Both the position numbers and the translations under genes were made by a program. 32,885 nt of DNA, taken from Eubacteriales bacterium. Lineage in GTDB: Bacteria; Bacillota; Clostridia; Oscillospirales; CAG-272. The notes below the pieces were generated by a model, which was given only the letters and a program-made list of their open reading frames with translations, had not been told where the DNA came from and searched no databases. The stretch lies in contig JAZNKU010000244.1 in NCBI GenBank assembly GCA_045578685.1, positions 1 to 32,885 of the forward strand. The letters are read 5' to 3'. Shown in pieces: positions 6,694 through 15,122 of this stretch. The number at the start of each line of letters is the position of its first letter. The stretch's first letter is position 1.

Positions 6694-8874
6694 TTATAAA
6701 TTAGCCTTATAGTAGTTGATGAGACAACCCTTTGCGATGATATCCTTTTCATCGTCGGTCAAGGGAGCCATCTTAAGCTCGAACTCGGTTGCAGTACCGT
6801 TTTCGGTGATAGCCCATGCTTCAAAGGACAGCTTGCCTTCGGTAACACCGGACTTAACGCCCTTAACGAGGATGTAGTCGCCTACCTTGAAGGGAAGCTC
6901 CTCGCTCTCAAAGAGGAAGGGAAGCATACCCCAGTTGATGAGGTTGGAGCGGTAACGCTTGGTAGCGTACTCAATAGCTATATTTGCAAGACCGCCGAGA
7001 ACTCTCTGGCAGGATGCAGCCTGTTCTCTTGCTGAGCCGTCACCGGGCTTACGTGCGTAAACAACGGAAGCGATCTCAAGTTCTGCAGGATCAACGCCGC
7101 AACGCTTTACAGCGTTTGCAACAGTCTCTGTGATCTCGCCCTTCTTAAATTCCTTTGCTCTGCCAACATACTCGGGATCCTTACGGGAGAGAGCAAAGGT
7201 AGAGAGCTTTTCGGGGTTAGAACGGTAAGAGGAGGTCTCGCCCGAGGGGATAAGCTCGTCGGTTGTGGTTACGTCATCTGTAATAAGAGAAGCAACACCG
7301 AGGAGGATGTTTTCACTAAGCTCGGGCTGTGCGGGCCAGTCGGTGATGTTGGGACCGAATTTAAGCTCAGCGGAAGCGTCTGCCTTGCCGTAGCCGAAGT
7401 AGCAACGGTTGCGGTATACGGTATCGTCAAAATGATACTCGGGAGTTGTATAGTCGATATCAAGCTCGGTTGCCGCAGTTACCTTACCGCCGTTAACAGC
7501 GGAAGCTGCGATAGAACGTGCGTCCATAAGAGCAACGAATGCGCTCTGACCGTCACCGGGCTTGGAGCCTTCACGGTTGGGGAAGTTACGGGTGGTGTGG
7601 CGGAGGGACAGTCCCTTGTTGGGCGGAACGTCGCCTGCACCGAAGCAAGGACCGCAGAATGCGGAGCGAACTGTTACACCTCTCTCAAGAAGTGTGGAAA
7701 CAACGCCGTTTTTGGTAAGCTCAAGGAACACGGGCTGGCTTGCGGGATATGCGGAGAGTGCGAACTCGTCTGCACCTACCCAGCCTGTCTTAAGAATATC
7801 GCTTGCAGCGCACATGTTGTCAAAGGTACCGCCGGCACAGCCTGCGATAACACCCTGTACAGCCTGAACTCTGCCGTCAGCGGTAATGTTTGCAATAAGG
7901 TCGTCAAGACCGTTTTCGTGAAGGATGTCCTTTGCATTAGCATTGAACTCCTTGATGGTATATGCATTGGAGGGATGGAAGGGAAGTGCGATCATACACT
8001 CAACGGAAGAAAGGTCTACCTCTACCATACCGTCGTATGCCGCAACCTCACCGGGAGCGAGCTTCTTAAATGCCTCGGGACGGTTGTGGAGCTTAAAGTA
8101 GTTTTCGGTCTTGTCGTCTGTCATCCAGATGGAGGAAAGACAGGTTGTCTCTGTGGTCATAACGTCGATACCGTTACGGTATTCCATAGGAAGATTTGCT
8201 ATACCGTCGCCGACGAACTCCATAACCTTGTTCTTGACAAAACCGTTCTTAAATACCGCACCGATTATAGCGATAGCAACGTCCTGAGGACCTACACCGG
8301 GCTTGGGGGCACCGGTAAGCTTGATTGCAACTACCTCGGGACAGTTGATGTCGTAGGTTCTCTTGAGATGCTGCTTAACCAGTTCGGGACCGCCCTCACC
8401 GATAGCCATAGTGCCAAGAGCACCGTATCTGGTATGGCTGTCAGAGCCAAGGAGCATTCTGCCGCAGCCGCTCATCATCTCACGCATATAGCTGTGGATA
8501 ACCGCCTGATGTGCGGGAACGTAGATACCGCCGTACTTCTTTGCGGCGGAGAGACCGAACATATGGTCATCCTCGTTGATGGTACCGCCAACAGCACAAA
8601 GACTGTTGTGACAGTTGGTCAGAACGTAGGGCAGAGGGAACTCGGTGAGTCCGCTTGCTCTTGCTGTCTGGATGATACCAACGTATGTAATATCGTGGGA
8701 TGCCATAGCATCAAATTTGATCTTTAACTTATCGGCATCTCCTGAGGTGTTGTGAGCCTGCAGGATAGAGTATGCCATAGTGTTCTTTCTGGCTTCCTCG
8801 TAAGAAACGGCAGGAGCGTCGATCACTTCGACACCGTTACGCAGGAAGACCTTTTCGCTTGTCAACTTTACCAT
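6694..8874 (-). CDS. Aconitase-family hydratase (aconitate hydratase-like, with C-terminal swivel domain)
   Basis: Aconitase Fe-S ligand motifs GSDSHT and [10 protein letters not shown] are present, with overall ~725-aa aconitase-like organisation. GGAGG lies 5 nt upstream of ATG at 8874. The TTG at 8886 in the ORF track sits inside that RBS. Confidence 0.8.
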   Translation of the reverse strand: MVKLTSEKVFLRNGVEVIDAPAVSYEEARKNTMAYSILQAHNTSGDADKLKIKFDAMASHDITYVGIIQTARASGLTEFPLPYVLTNCHNSLCAVGGTINEDDHMFGLSAAKKYGGIYVPAHQAVIHSYMREMMSGCGRMLLGSDSHTRYGALGTMAIGEGGPELVKQHLKRTYDINCPEVVAIKLTGAPKPGVGPQDVAIAIIGAVFKNGFVKNKVMEFVGDGIANLPMEYRNGIDVMTTETTCLSSIWMTDDKTENYFKLHNRPEAFKKLAPGEVAAYDGMVEVDLSSVECMIALPFHPSNAYTIKEFNANAKDILHENGLDDLIANITADGRVQAVQGVIAGCAGGTFDNMCAASDILKTGWVGADEFALSAYPASQPVFLELTKNGVVSTLLERGVTVRSAFCGPCFGAGDVPPNKGLSLRHTTRNFPNREGSKPGDGQSAFVALMDARSIAASAVNGGKVTAATELDIDYTTPEYHFDDTVYRNRCYFGYGKADASAELKFGPNITDWPAQPELSENILLGVASLITDDVTTTDELIPSGETSSYRSNPEKLSTFALSRKDPEYVGRAKEFKKGEITETVANAVKRCGVDPAELEIASVVYARKPGDGSAREQAASCQRVLGGLANIAIEYATKRYRSNLINWGMLPFLFESEELPFKVGDYILVKGVKSGVTEGKLSFEAWAITENGTATEFELKMAPLTDDEKDIIAKGCLINYYKANL

Positions 8875-9016
8875 TTTAACCTCCAAAGGGCTTTATATTA
8901 TAATAATGTATTATATCACTCAAAAATCGACCTGTCAACTTGTACAAAATCTTTTTACATTTTACTTGCAATATAAAGGCATTCGTGGTAAAATTATCAT
9001 ATCAAACTGGAGAAGT

Positions 9017-10615
9017 ATGCTTATGAAAAGATTTTTAGCATTTTTAATGACACTTACACTTGTGATTTCCGCTCTTTGTATCCCTGCGGTGGCAAAGGAG
9101 TTTTCTGACGTTTCGGCTGAAGACTGGTTTTACCCTTGCGTTAACGCCTGCCTTGAAAAGGGATATATGGTGGGTATCTCTGAGGATAAGTTTTCACCCT
9201 ATGAGCCTATAACCAGAGCTCAGCTCTGTCAGGTGCTTTATAACATAACCGAGGGTGAGGCAGAGTTTTCGCCATACTTTTCTGATGTTAAGGAGAGCGC
9301 TTGGTATGCAAAGGCGGTCTGCTGGGCAAAGGATACAGGCGTAGCTTACGGCACCTCTGAGGACAAGTTCTCTCCCCACCTGACCCTGACCCGCGAGCAG
9401 CTTGCGGTGTTCTATGCAAGATATACCGAGATATTCGGCATTACCCTTGCCGAAAAAACTCCTACCGACTATATGGATGCAGAGGATATATCCGACTGGG
9501 CACTTGAGGGTGTTGAGATCGCCAACAAGGCAGCACTTATAACTCCCCGTATGGCAGATATATTTCTTCCCCGAGGCACCGTGGCAAGAGCCGAGCTTGC
9601 AGGCTCTCTGCTTCGTCTTATGGGCGACTACGAAAACGGTGTCTATGACAGCTCCCGACATGTTCAGCTTGTGTATAACGATGTATCAAGTGCAGTTCTC
9701 GAGGTAGGTGCTGAAATTTCGGTCAAGCCTACCGTGTGGCCTTATGATGCAGCGGATACAAGAGTAAGCTTCAGCTCATCCGATCCCGCCGTGGCAGCGG
9801 TAGATGCATCCGGTAAGGTGACGGCAGTATCCAAGGGTAAGGCTTATATCACGGCTCGTAGCCTTGATGACGGACACAAGGCGGTGACTGTAATTACCGT
9901 AAATCCCAAGCCTGTCGGTAATATACTCCCAAAGGCGGCGGTACAGACACTTACAAGCAGCTATAATATAGAGATCAAGCCTATCGGCAGATATATAGAC
10001 CCCAACAAGCCTATGGTGGCTATCACCTATGACGACGGTCCCAGACCCAAGTCCACTAACCGTATTCTCGACTGTCTCGAAAAGTACGGTGCGGCAGCTA
10101 CCTTCTTTGAGCTCGGTTATCTTGCAAAGGCATATCCCGACTGCATCCGCCGTGAGGTCAAGATTGGATGCGAGGTAGCAAACCACTCCTGGGATCATCC
10201 CAATCTTGCTACCCTTTCGGGCAGCGGTGTTGCGAACCAGATAAACTCCACAAGCAACACCATATTCAACATCTGCGGAGTCAAGCCCAAGCTGCTTCGT
10301 CCCCCCTACGGCTCATACAATCAGACCGTCCGTAACAATGCGGGCATGCCCCTTATTATCTGGTCTATAGATACCCTTGACTGGAAGTACCGTGACGCAT
10401 CTTATGTTACCTCGGTTATCAAGAACCAGGTTACCGACGGCTCGGTTATCCTTATGCACTCTATCTACGATTCTACAGCTGCGGCAACAGAGGCGATAGT
10501 TCCTTGGCTTATTTCAAGAGGTTATCAGCTTGTAACAGTTTCCGAACTTGCAGAAGCAAGAGGTATAAAGCTGCAGAACGGAGCAAGCTATCATTCATTC
10601 TACAAAAAGAAGTAA
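9017..10615 (+). CDS. Secreted SLH-domain / Big_2-like / NodB polysaccharide deacetylase
   Basis: Signal peptide MLMKRFLAFLMTLTLVISALCIPAVA. Three SLH repeats (FSDV..WY...V.W....G...G.s..kFsP...lTR.Q). An Ig-like segment (VSFSSSDPAVAAVDASGKVTAVSKGKAYITA). NodB motifs (ITYDDGP, HSWDHPNL, LRPPYG). GGAGAAG RBS at 9009-9015. The start is ATG 9017 or 9023, not 8906. Confidence 0.85.
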   Translation: MLMKRFLAFLMTLTLVISALCIPAVAKEFSDVSAEDWFYPCVNACLEKGYMVGISEDKFSPYEPITRAQLCQVLYNITEGEAEFSPYFSDVKESAWYAKAVCWAKDTGVAYGTSEDKFSPHLTLTREQLAVFYARYTEIFGITLAEKTPTDYMDAEDISDWALEGVEIANKAALITPRMADIFLPRGTVARAELAGSLLRLMGDYENGVYDSSRHVQLVYNDVSSAVLEVGAEISVKPTVWPYDAADTRVSFSSSDPAVAAVDASGKVTAVSKGKAYITARSLDDGHKAVTVITVNPKPVGNILPKAAVQTLTSSYNIEIKPIGRYIDPNKPMVAITYDDGPRPKSTNRILDCLEKYGAAATFFELGYLAKAYPDCIRREVKIGCEVANHSWDHPNLATLSGSGVANQINSTSNTIFNICGVKPKLLRPPYGSYNQTVRNNAGMPLIIWSIDTLDWKYRDASYVTSVIKNQVTDGSVILMHSIYDSTAAATEAIVPWLISRGYQLVTVSELAEARGIKLQNGASYHSFYKKK

Positions 10616-10618
10616 TCT

Positions 10619-11917
10619 ATGTTGAAGAAAAATTCATTACACACGGTTACGATAACCGATATAAACAATCTCGGATACGGTATATGCCGTATCGAGGGTA
10701 TAGTCACCTTTGTTCAAGGTGGTGTTACGGGAGACGAGCTTGAGATAAAGATAATCAAGGCGGCAAAGGACTATCTTGTTGCCCGTATCGAGAAAGTAAT
10801 CAACCCCTCTCCTTACCGTACCGAGTCGGCTTGCCCTGTTTCAAAAACTTGCGGCGGCTGTGTATACCGTCATATCACCTACGAACACGAAAAACAGCTT
10901 AAGCGCAGCTACGTGGAAAACGCCTTCCGTAAGGCGGGTGTTACCGTAGATGTTGCAGAGGTCACATCTAACAACAAGACCGAGGGCTACCGTAACAAGG
11001 TGCAGTATCCCGTAGGTACAGACGGAAAGATAGGTTACTATAAGCCCAAGACCCACGATATAATCGAGTGTGATAACTGTATCCTTGAAGAGCCCATGCT
11101 CTATGAGATAAAGAAGCATATCGCCGATTTCATAAAAGATAAAAGGATAGATTGTTTAAGACATATATATCTCCGCTTGGGTAAAGCAACAGGTGAGGTC
11201 ATGGTCTGTCTTGTATCTGCTAAAAAAAAGTTTGCTTATTTAGACGAGCTTTGCAATACTGTTTGTGAGAAGTTTCCTCAAGTTAAGTGCTTTGCACTTA
11301 ACTTAAATGATAAGGATACCAACGTTATTTTAGGTAAGGATACCTTTATACTTAAGGGTAATCCCTATATCGAGGACGAGCTTTTAGGTTGCCGTTTCCG
11401 TATTTCTCCCCAGTCATTTTATCAGGTCAACCACGATATGACCGAGCTTTTGTACTCAAAGGTTATCGAGCTTTGTAACCTGAAAGAGGGTCAGAGTTTT
11501 ATAGACCTATACTGCGGCTGCGGTACTATAGGTCTGTGTGTAGCAAGTAAGGCAAAGACAGCAAATATGTTCGGAGTTGAGATAATCCCCCAGGCGGTGG
11601 AAAACGCCAAGGTCAACGCAGGCATCAACGGTATTGAAAACGCTGAATTTCTCTGCGGTGATGCGTCCGACGCTCCGCTTCACAAATGCGACTGCGTTAT
11701 AGTCGACCCGCCCAGAAAGGGTCTTACACCCAAGCTCATAGACGAGCTGGCTTCGGCAGACGTTGAGAAGATAGTATACGTTTCCTGCAATCCCGACACC
11801 CTTGCCCGTGACTGTGCTTTGTTTATCGAAAAGGGTTATAAATTATCTACCGTTTATCCCTATGATCTTTTTCCCAGAACAGGTCATGTGGAGAATATTG
11901 TTTGTCTTTGCAAGTGA
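10619..11917 (+). CDS. rlmD: 23S rRNA (uracil-5-)-methyltransferase, RumA/RlmD family (TRAM + Fe-S + SAM MTase)
   Basis: N-terminal TRAM-like region, Cys cluster CPVSKTCGGCVYRH, SAM-MTase motifs DLYCGCGTIG and DPPRKG, and catalytic VSCNP. Confidence 0.85.
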   Translation: MLKKNSLHTVTITDINNLGYGICRIEGIVTFVQGGVTGDELEIKIIKAAKDYLVARIEKVINPSPYRTESACPVSKTCGGCVYRHITYEHEKQLKRSYVENAFRKAGVTVDVAEVTSNNKTEGYRNKVQYPVGTDGKIGYYKPKTHDIIECDNCILEEPMLYEIKKHIADFIKDKRIDCLRHIYLRLGKATGEVMVCLVSAKKKFAYLDELCNTVCEKFPQVKCFALNLNDKDTNVILGKDTFILKGNPYIEDELLGCRFRISPQSFYQVNHDMTELLYSKVIELCNLKEGQSFIDLYCGCGTIGLCVASKAKTANMFGVEIIPQAVENAKVNAGINGIENAEFLCGDASDAPLHKCDCVIVDPPRKGLTPKLIDELASADVEKIVYVSCNPDTLARDCALFIEKGYKLSTVYPYDLFPRTGHVENIVCLCK

Positions 11918-11935
11918 TATTGAGAGGAAAATAAT

Positions 11936-12163
11936 ATGAAAGATACAAAAATTTGTCCTAAATGTAAGTCTTTTGATATAGTCAGGATCGACGGATACGC
12001 CGGAGCTTACGGCACAGGCAATAATGTAATGGTCGGTAATTCTATTTTTTCTGCGGTCAATGTAAACAGATACATTTGCTGTAACTGCGGTTTTACCGAG
12101 GAATGGATAGACGAAAATGATTTAGAAAAAATCAAAAACAGTAAAAAAGCAAAACGCAACTGA
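11936..12163 (+). CDS. Small zinc-ribbon protein
   Basis: CPKC....CCNC four-Cys arrangement. GAGAGGAAA RBS upstream. Confidence 0.6.
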   Translation: MKDTKICPKCKSFDIVRIDGYAGAYGTGNNVMVGNSIFSAVNVNRYICCNCGFTEEWIDENDLEKIKNSKKAKRN

Positions 12164-12183
12164 TATAGAAAGCGAGAAAATAT

Positions 12184-13200
12184 ATGAACAACGGAATCAT
12201 ACTCGCCGGCAATATGCTGGTTGATGCATTAAAGGATATTGACGTTTATCCCGCACATTCTAATTTAACTTCTATTCGTAGTGTGAGCAAAGCCATAGGC
12301 GGTCTTGTGTGTAACTGCGGTCTTGACCTTGCTATCCTTGACCCCGATATGCCTGTTCGTGTTATGGGTGTTATCGGTAAGGATGACAACGGCAGGCTGA
12401 TAGAGGATACCTTTGCAAAGCATACTAACATTGACACCACGGGTATCCGCTATTCGGGTGAGACCTCCTTTACCGACGTAATGTGCGATACTACCAACGC
12501 TACCCGTACCTTCTTTACATACCGTGGCTCTGCCTCCGAATTTGGTCCCGATGATTTTGACTTTAACAAGATCAAGGGCGATATACTCCATGCGGGATAT
12601 ATCCTTCTTCTTGATACAATGGACGAGCGTGATCCCGAATACGGCACCAAGATGGCAAGAGTTCTTCACGACGCACAGGCTCACGGAATCAAGACCTCAA
12701 TTGATGTGGTAAGCGAGGAGGGAGACCGCTTTGCCCGTTTGGTTTCTCCCGCTCTTAAGTATACCGATTACTGTATCATAAACGAAAACGAGGCTCAGCG
12801 TATTACAGGTGTAGAGCTTATCCGTGACGGTAAGGTTGCCGAAGAAAATATCGAGGCGGCTTGTAACGCCCTCTTTGATATCGGTGTTGGTGAGTGGGTG
12901 GTTATCCATTCAAGAGCCGCAGCCTGGGGTAAGACCAAGGACGGAAATATCGAAAAGGTTTCTTCCATTAATATACCTAAGTCTATGATCAAGGGAACTA
13001 CCGGTGCAGGCGATGCCTTTGCTTCGGGTGTGCTTCTCGGAGCATACAGAGAAATGAGCTTAAAGGATGCTATGATCCTCGGTACAGCTACCGCAAACTC
13101 CTCTATCCTTGAGTCGGGTGCCTCCGACGGCATCATGAGTTGTGATAAGACTATGGAGTTTTATCATAAGGCGCTTGCCGAATATGGGGAAATGGAATAA
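12184..13200 (+). CDS. PfkB-family carbohydrate kinase (ribokinase-like)
   Basis: C-terminal PfkB signature GTTGAGDAFASG and ~335-aa ribokinase-like length. The substrate cannot be told from the sequence. Confidence 0.8.
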   Translation: MNNGIILAGNMLVDALKDIDVYPAHSNLTSIRSVSKAIGGLVCNCGLDLAILDPDMPVRVMGVIGKDDNGRLIEDTFAKHTNIDTTGIRYSGETSFTDVMCDTTNATRTFFTYRGSASEFGPDDFDFNKIKGDILHAGYILLLDTMDERDPEYGTKMARVLHDAQAHGIKTSIDVVSEEGDRFARLVSPALKYTDYCIINENEAQRITGVELIRDGKVAEENIEAACNALFDIGVGEWVVIHSRAAAWGKTKDGNIEKVSSINIPKSMIKGTTGAGDAFASGVLLGAYREMSLKDAMILGTATANSSILESGASDGIMSCDKTMEFYHKALAEYGEME

Positions 13201-13266
13201 GAGTGCGGAATGCGGAGTGCGGAATGCGGAATTATGGTTGATTTTCGCTTTAGCGAAAATCTTCAT
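13201..13266. repeat. Left arm of ~65-bp imperfect inverted repeat enclosing the four-helix-bundle gene
   Basis: GA(GTGCGGAATGCGGA)x2 ATT-ATGGTT-GATTTTCGC/TTTA/GCGAAAATC-TTCAT. It starts immediately after the kinase stop codon. Confidence 0.85.
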
Positions 13267-13281
13267 TAGGAGAAATTATAA

Positions 13282-13638
13282 ATGAAAAATGTAATTGAAG
13301 AAAAAAGCTTTAGGTTTGCAATAAGAACTGTAAATTTATATAGATATCTTACAGAAAATAAAAAAGAATACATTTTATCAAAGCAGTTGTTGCGTTGCGG
13401 TACAAGTATTGGTGCAAATGTTTCAGAGGCCGAAAGAGGACAATCAAGAGCTGATTTTTATGCTAAAATGAACATAGCATTAAAAGAAGCCAACGAAACA
13501 GAATATTGGTTACGACTATTACAGGCAACCAATTATTTGAACGATTCAGAATGTGATAGTATTTTGAAGGATATTAACGAAGTCATCAGTATATTAGTGG
13601 CAATAACCAAAACCGCAAAAGTCGAATGTTACGAATAA
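13282..13638 (+). CDS. Four-helix-bundle protein (23S rRNA intervening-sequence protein / Avd-like family)
   Basis: 118 aa. SFRFAIRTVNLYRYL, LSKQLLRCGTSIGANVSEAERGQSRADFYAKMNIALKEANETEYWLRLL is the characteristic TIGR02436/PF05635-type signature. AGGAGA RBS upstream. Confidence 0.85.
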   Translation: MKNVIEEKSFRFAIRTVNLYRYLTENKKEYILSKQLLRCGTSIGANVSEAERGQSRADFYAKMNIALKEANETEYWLRLLQATNYLNDSECDSILKDINEVISILVAITKTAKVECYE

Positions 13639-13651
13639 AAAAGAAAATATA

Positions 13652-13720
13652 ATGAAGATTTTTGTCCTGTGGGACAAAAATCCTCCTAAATTCCGCACTC
13701 CGCATTCCGCATTCCGAATT
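13652..13720. repeat. Right arm of the inverted repeat
   Basis: The reverse complement reads AATTCGGAATGCGGAATGCGGAGTGCGGAATTTAGGAG-GATTTTTGTCC/CACA/GGACAAAAATC-TTCAT. This mirrors the left arm: same CGGAATGCGG repeats, same hairpin position, same TTCAT end. Confidence 0.85.
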
Positions 13721-13735
13721 TTTTCAAAAAAACTC

Positions 13736-13764
13736 TTGACAAACCCAATTATTTATGATATTAT
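13736..13764 (+). promoter_or_regulatory. Sigma-A type promoter for rplJ-rplL
   Basis: TTGACA (13736-13741), a 17-nt spacer containing TGa, then TATTAT (13759-13764), i.e. an extended -10. Confidence 0.6.
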
Positions 13765-13769
13765 AATTC

Positions 13770-13905
13770 GGCTATCCAAAGACAGCAGGTTTAAAAGTAA
13801 AATGTCCTGCCGAGGAAAGAGTTTCAAATATTATGATTTGTTGACTTTCTATCGGTTGGTATGTTTTCTTTAGCCGATGAAAGTCTTTTATTATTTTCAG
13901 GAGGT
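13770..13905 (+). promoter_or_regulatory. Probable ribosomal protein L10 leader (autoregulatory 5' UTR)
   Basis: A ~140-nt structured untranslated region lies between the promoter and the rplJ RBS, for example CGGTTGG...CCGATG pairing. Position and length fit the Firmicutes L10 leader. I did not fold it. Confidence 0.4.
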
Positions 13906-13915
13906 GAAAAAGAAC

Positions 13916-14467
13916 ATGCCTAGCGCAAAAATCTTAGCTAAAAAGCAGAACGATGTAGCAGTTCTCGCAGAAAAGGTTAAAAACGCAACCGCTGGTGTTC
14001 TGGTAAACTATCAGGGTATTACCGTTGATGACGATACCAAGCTTCGTGCAGAGATGCGCGCTGCTGGTGTAGACTACAAGGTTTACAAGAACAGCATTAC
14101 CGGTCGTGCATGCGAGGAAGCAGGCTACGGTGAAATGAAGCAGTACCTTGAGGGTATGACAGCTTTTGCAGTTAGCGCGGAAGATCCCGTTGCAGCAGCA
14201 AAGATCCTTAAGAAGTACGCAGACAAGATCGAAACCTTCGAAATCAAGGCAGGTTTCATTGATAATGGCGTTATCGACGCAGCAGCAGTAAATGCGCTTG
14301 CTGATATTCCTTCAAGAGAAGGCCTTATCTGCAAGTTGCTCGGAAGCATCCAGTCTCCTCTTTACAAGCTCGCATATGGTCTCCAGGCTATTATCGACAA
14401 GAGCGGCGAGGAAGTTCCCGCAGCAGCAGAAGAAGCTCCCGCAGAGGAAGCTCCTGCAGCAGAGTAA
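13916..14467 (+). CDS. rplJ: 50S ribosomal protein L10
   Basis: AGGAGGTG RBS at 13898-13905, ATG at 13916. The sequence is L10-like throughout (VLVNYQGITVDDDTKLRAEMRAAGVDYKVYKNS...). It has an acidic Ala/Pro/Glu C-terminal tail. Confidence 0.95.
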   Translation: MPSAKILAKKQNDVAVLAEKVKNATAGVLVNYQGITVDDDTKLRAEMRAAGVDYKVYKNSITGRACEEAGYGEMKQYLEGMTAFAVSAEDPVAAAKILKKYADKIETFEIKAGFIDNGVIDAAAVNALADIPSREGLICKLLGSIQSPLYKLAYGLQAIIDKSGEEVPAAAEEAPAEEAPAAE

Positions 14468-14543
14468 GTGGCAGCTCTATTACAATAATTTTGCCACAGC
14501 CAACTAACTTAAAAAATTTATCTTATTATTGGAGGATTTAAAA

Positions 14544-14915
14544 ATGGCAAGCGAAAAGATCACAAACATTCTTGAAGAGATCAAGTCTCTTACAATTCTC
14601 GAGCTCAACGACCTCGTAAAGGCAGTTGAGGAAGAGTTCGGCGTATCCGCAGCTCCCGTAGCTATGGCAGGCGCAGCTCCCGCAGCAGCAGCTGCTGAGG
14701 AGAAGACCGAGTTCGACGTTGTACTTAAGGCAGCAGGTGCTTCCAAGCTCAACGTTATCAAGGTAGTTCGTGAGATCACCGGTCTCGGCCTTAAGGACGC
14801 TAAGGACCTCGTTGAGGGCGCTCCCAAGACCCTTAAGGAAGGCGTTTCCAAGGAAGAGGCAGAGGCTCTCAAGGCTCAGCTCACTGAGGCTGGCGCAGAG
14901 GTTGAAGTTAAGTAA
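14544..14915 (+). CDS. rplL: 50S ribosomal protein L7/L12
   Basis: GGAGGA RBS at 14531-14536. [26 protein letters not shown], an Ala-rich hinge, then [56 protein letters not shown]. Confidence 0.97.
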   Translation: MASEKITNILEEIKSLTILELNDLVKAVEEEFGVSAAPVAMAGAAPAAAAAEEKTEFDVVLKAAGASKLNVIKVVREITGLGLKDAKDLVEGAPKTLKEGVSKEEAEALKAQLTEAGAEVEVK

Positions 14916-14942
14916 TTTTTCACCCAAAGTGATAGCAAACGA

Positions 14943-14975
14943 AAAGGCAGTCGTTATGACTGCCTTTTTGATTTT
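14943..14975 (+). terminator. Intrinsic terminator of rplJL
   Basis: AAAGGCAGTC (14943-14952) pairs with GACTGCCTTT (14958-14967), followed by TTGATTTT. Confidence 0.85.
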
Positions 14976-15122
14976 GCAAAATCCCATATTTTACGAAAAA
15001 CATACTCATATCCCACCCTTTTTCATGTAAAGGGTGGGGACATTTCAGGGGAAATATGGTATAATCGGCACAAGAATAAAATATTGTTGTTTTCGGTAAC
15101 AATTTATAAAGGAGTGTATTCT

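Noticed and set aside
7432-8727. 431-aa ORF on the + strand inside the hydratase gene (plus smaller ones at 7562-7867 and 7269-7463)
   Set aside because: It is antisense shadow of a confidently identified aconitase-family CDS. The translation is Cys/Gly/Val-rich and low-complexity, and there is no RBS.
8906-9016. N-terminal extension of the deacetylase ORF (start 8906)
   Set aside because: The extension lies in an AT-rich promoter-like region. A GGAGAAG RBS and a canonical signal peptide begin at 9017/9023.
13060-13266. 68-aa minus-strand ORF, and the 73-aa + strand ORF at 13652-13873 (FRTPHSA.. translations)
   Set aside because: Both are read-throughs of the inverted-repeat arms, with the same repeat translated in both orientations. 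The second also runs across the rplJ promoter and leader. Neither is coding.
14504-14987. 122-aa and 149-aa minus-strand ORFs over rplL
   Set aside because: They are antisense to L7/L12. The open frames result from Ala/Glu-rich GC-biased codons.
15012-15038. Hairpin CCCACCCTT/AAGGGTGGG upstream of the SLH surface-protein gene, as a terminator or riboswitch
   Set aside because: There is no T-tract on either strand, and the flanking leader is too short for a known riboswitch class. It may simply be a secondary structure in the 5' region.
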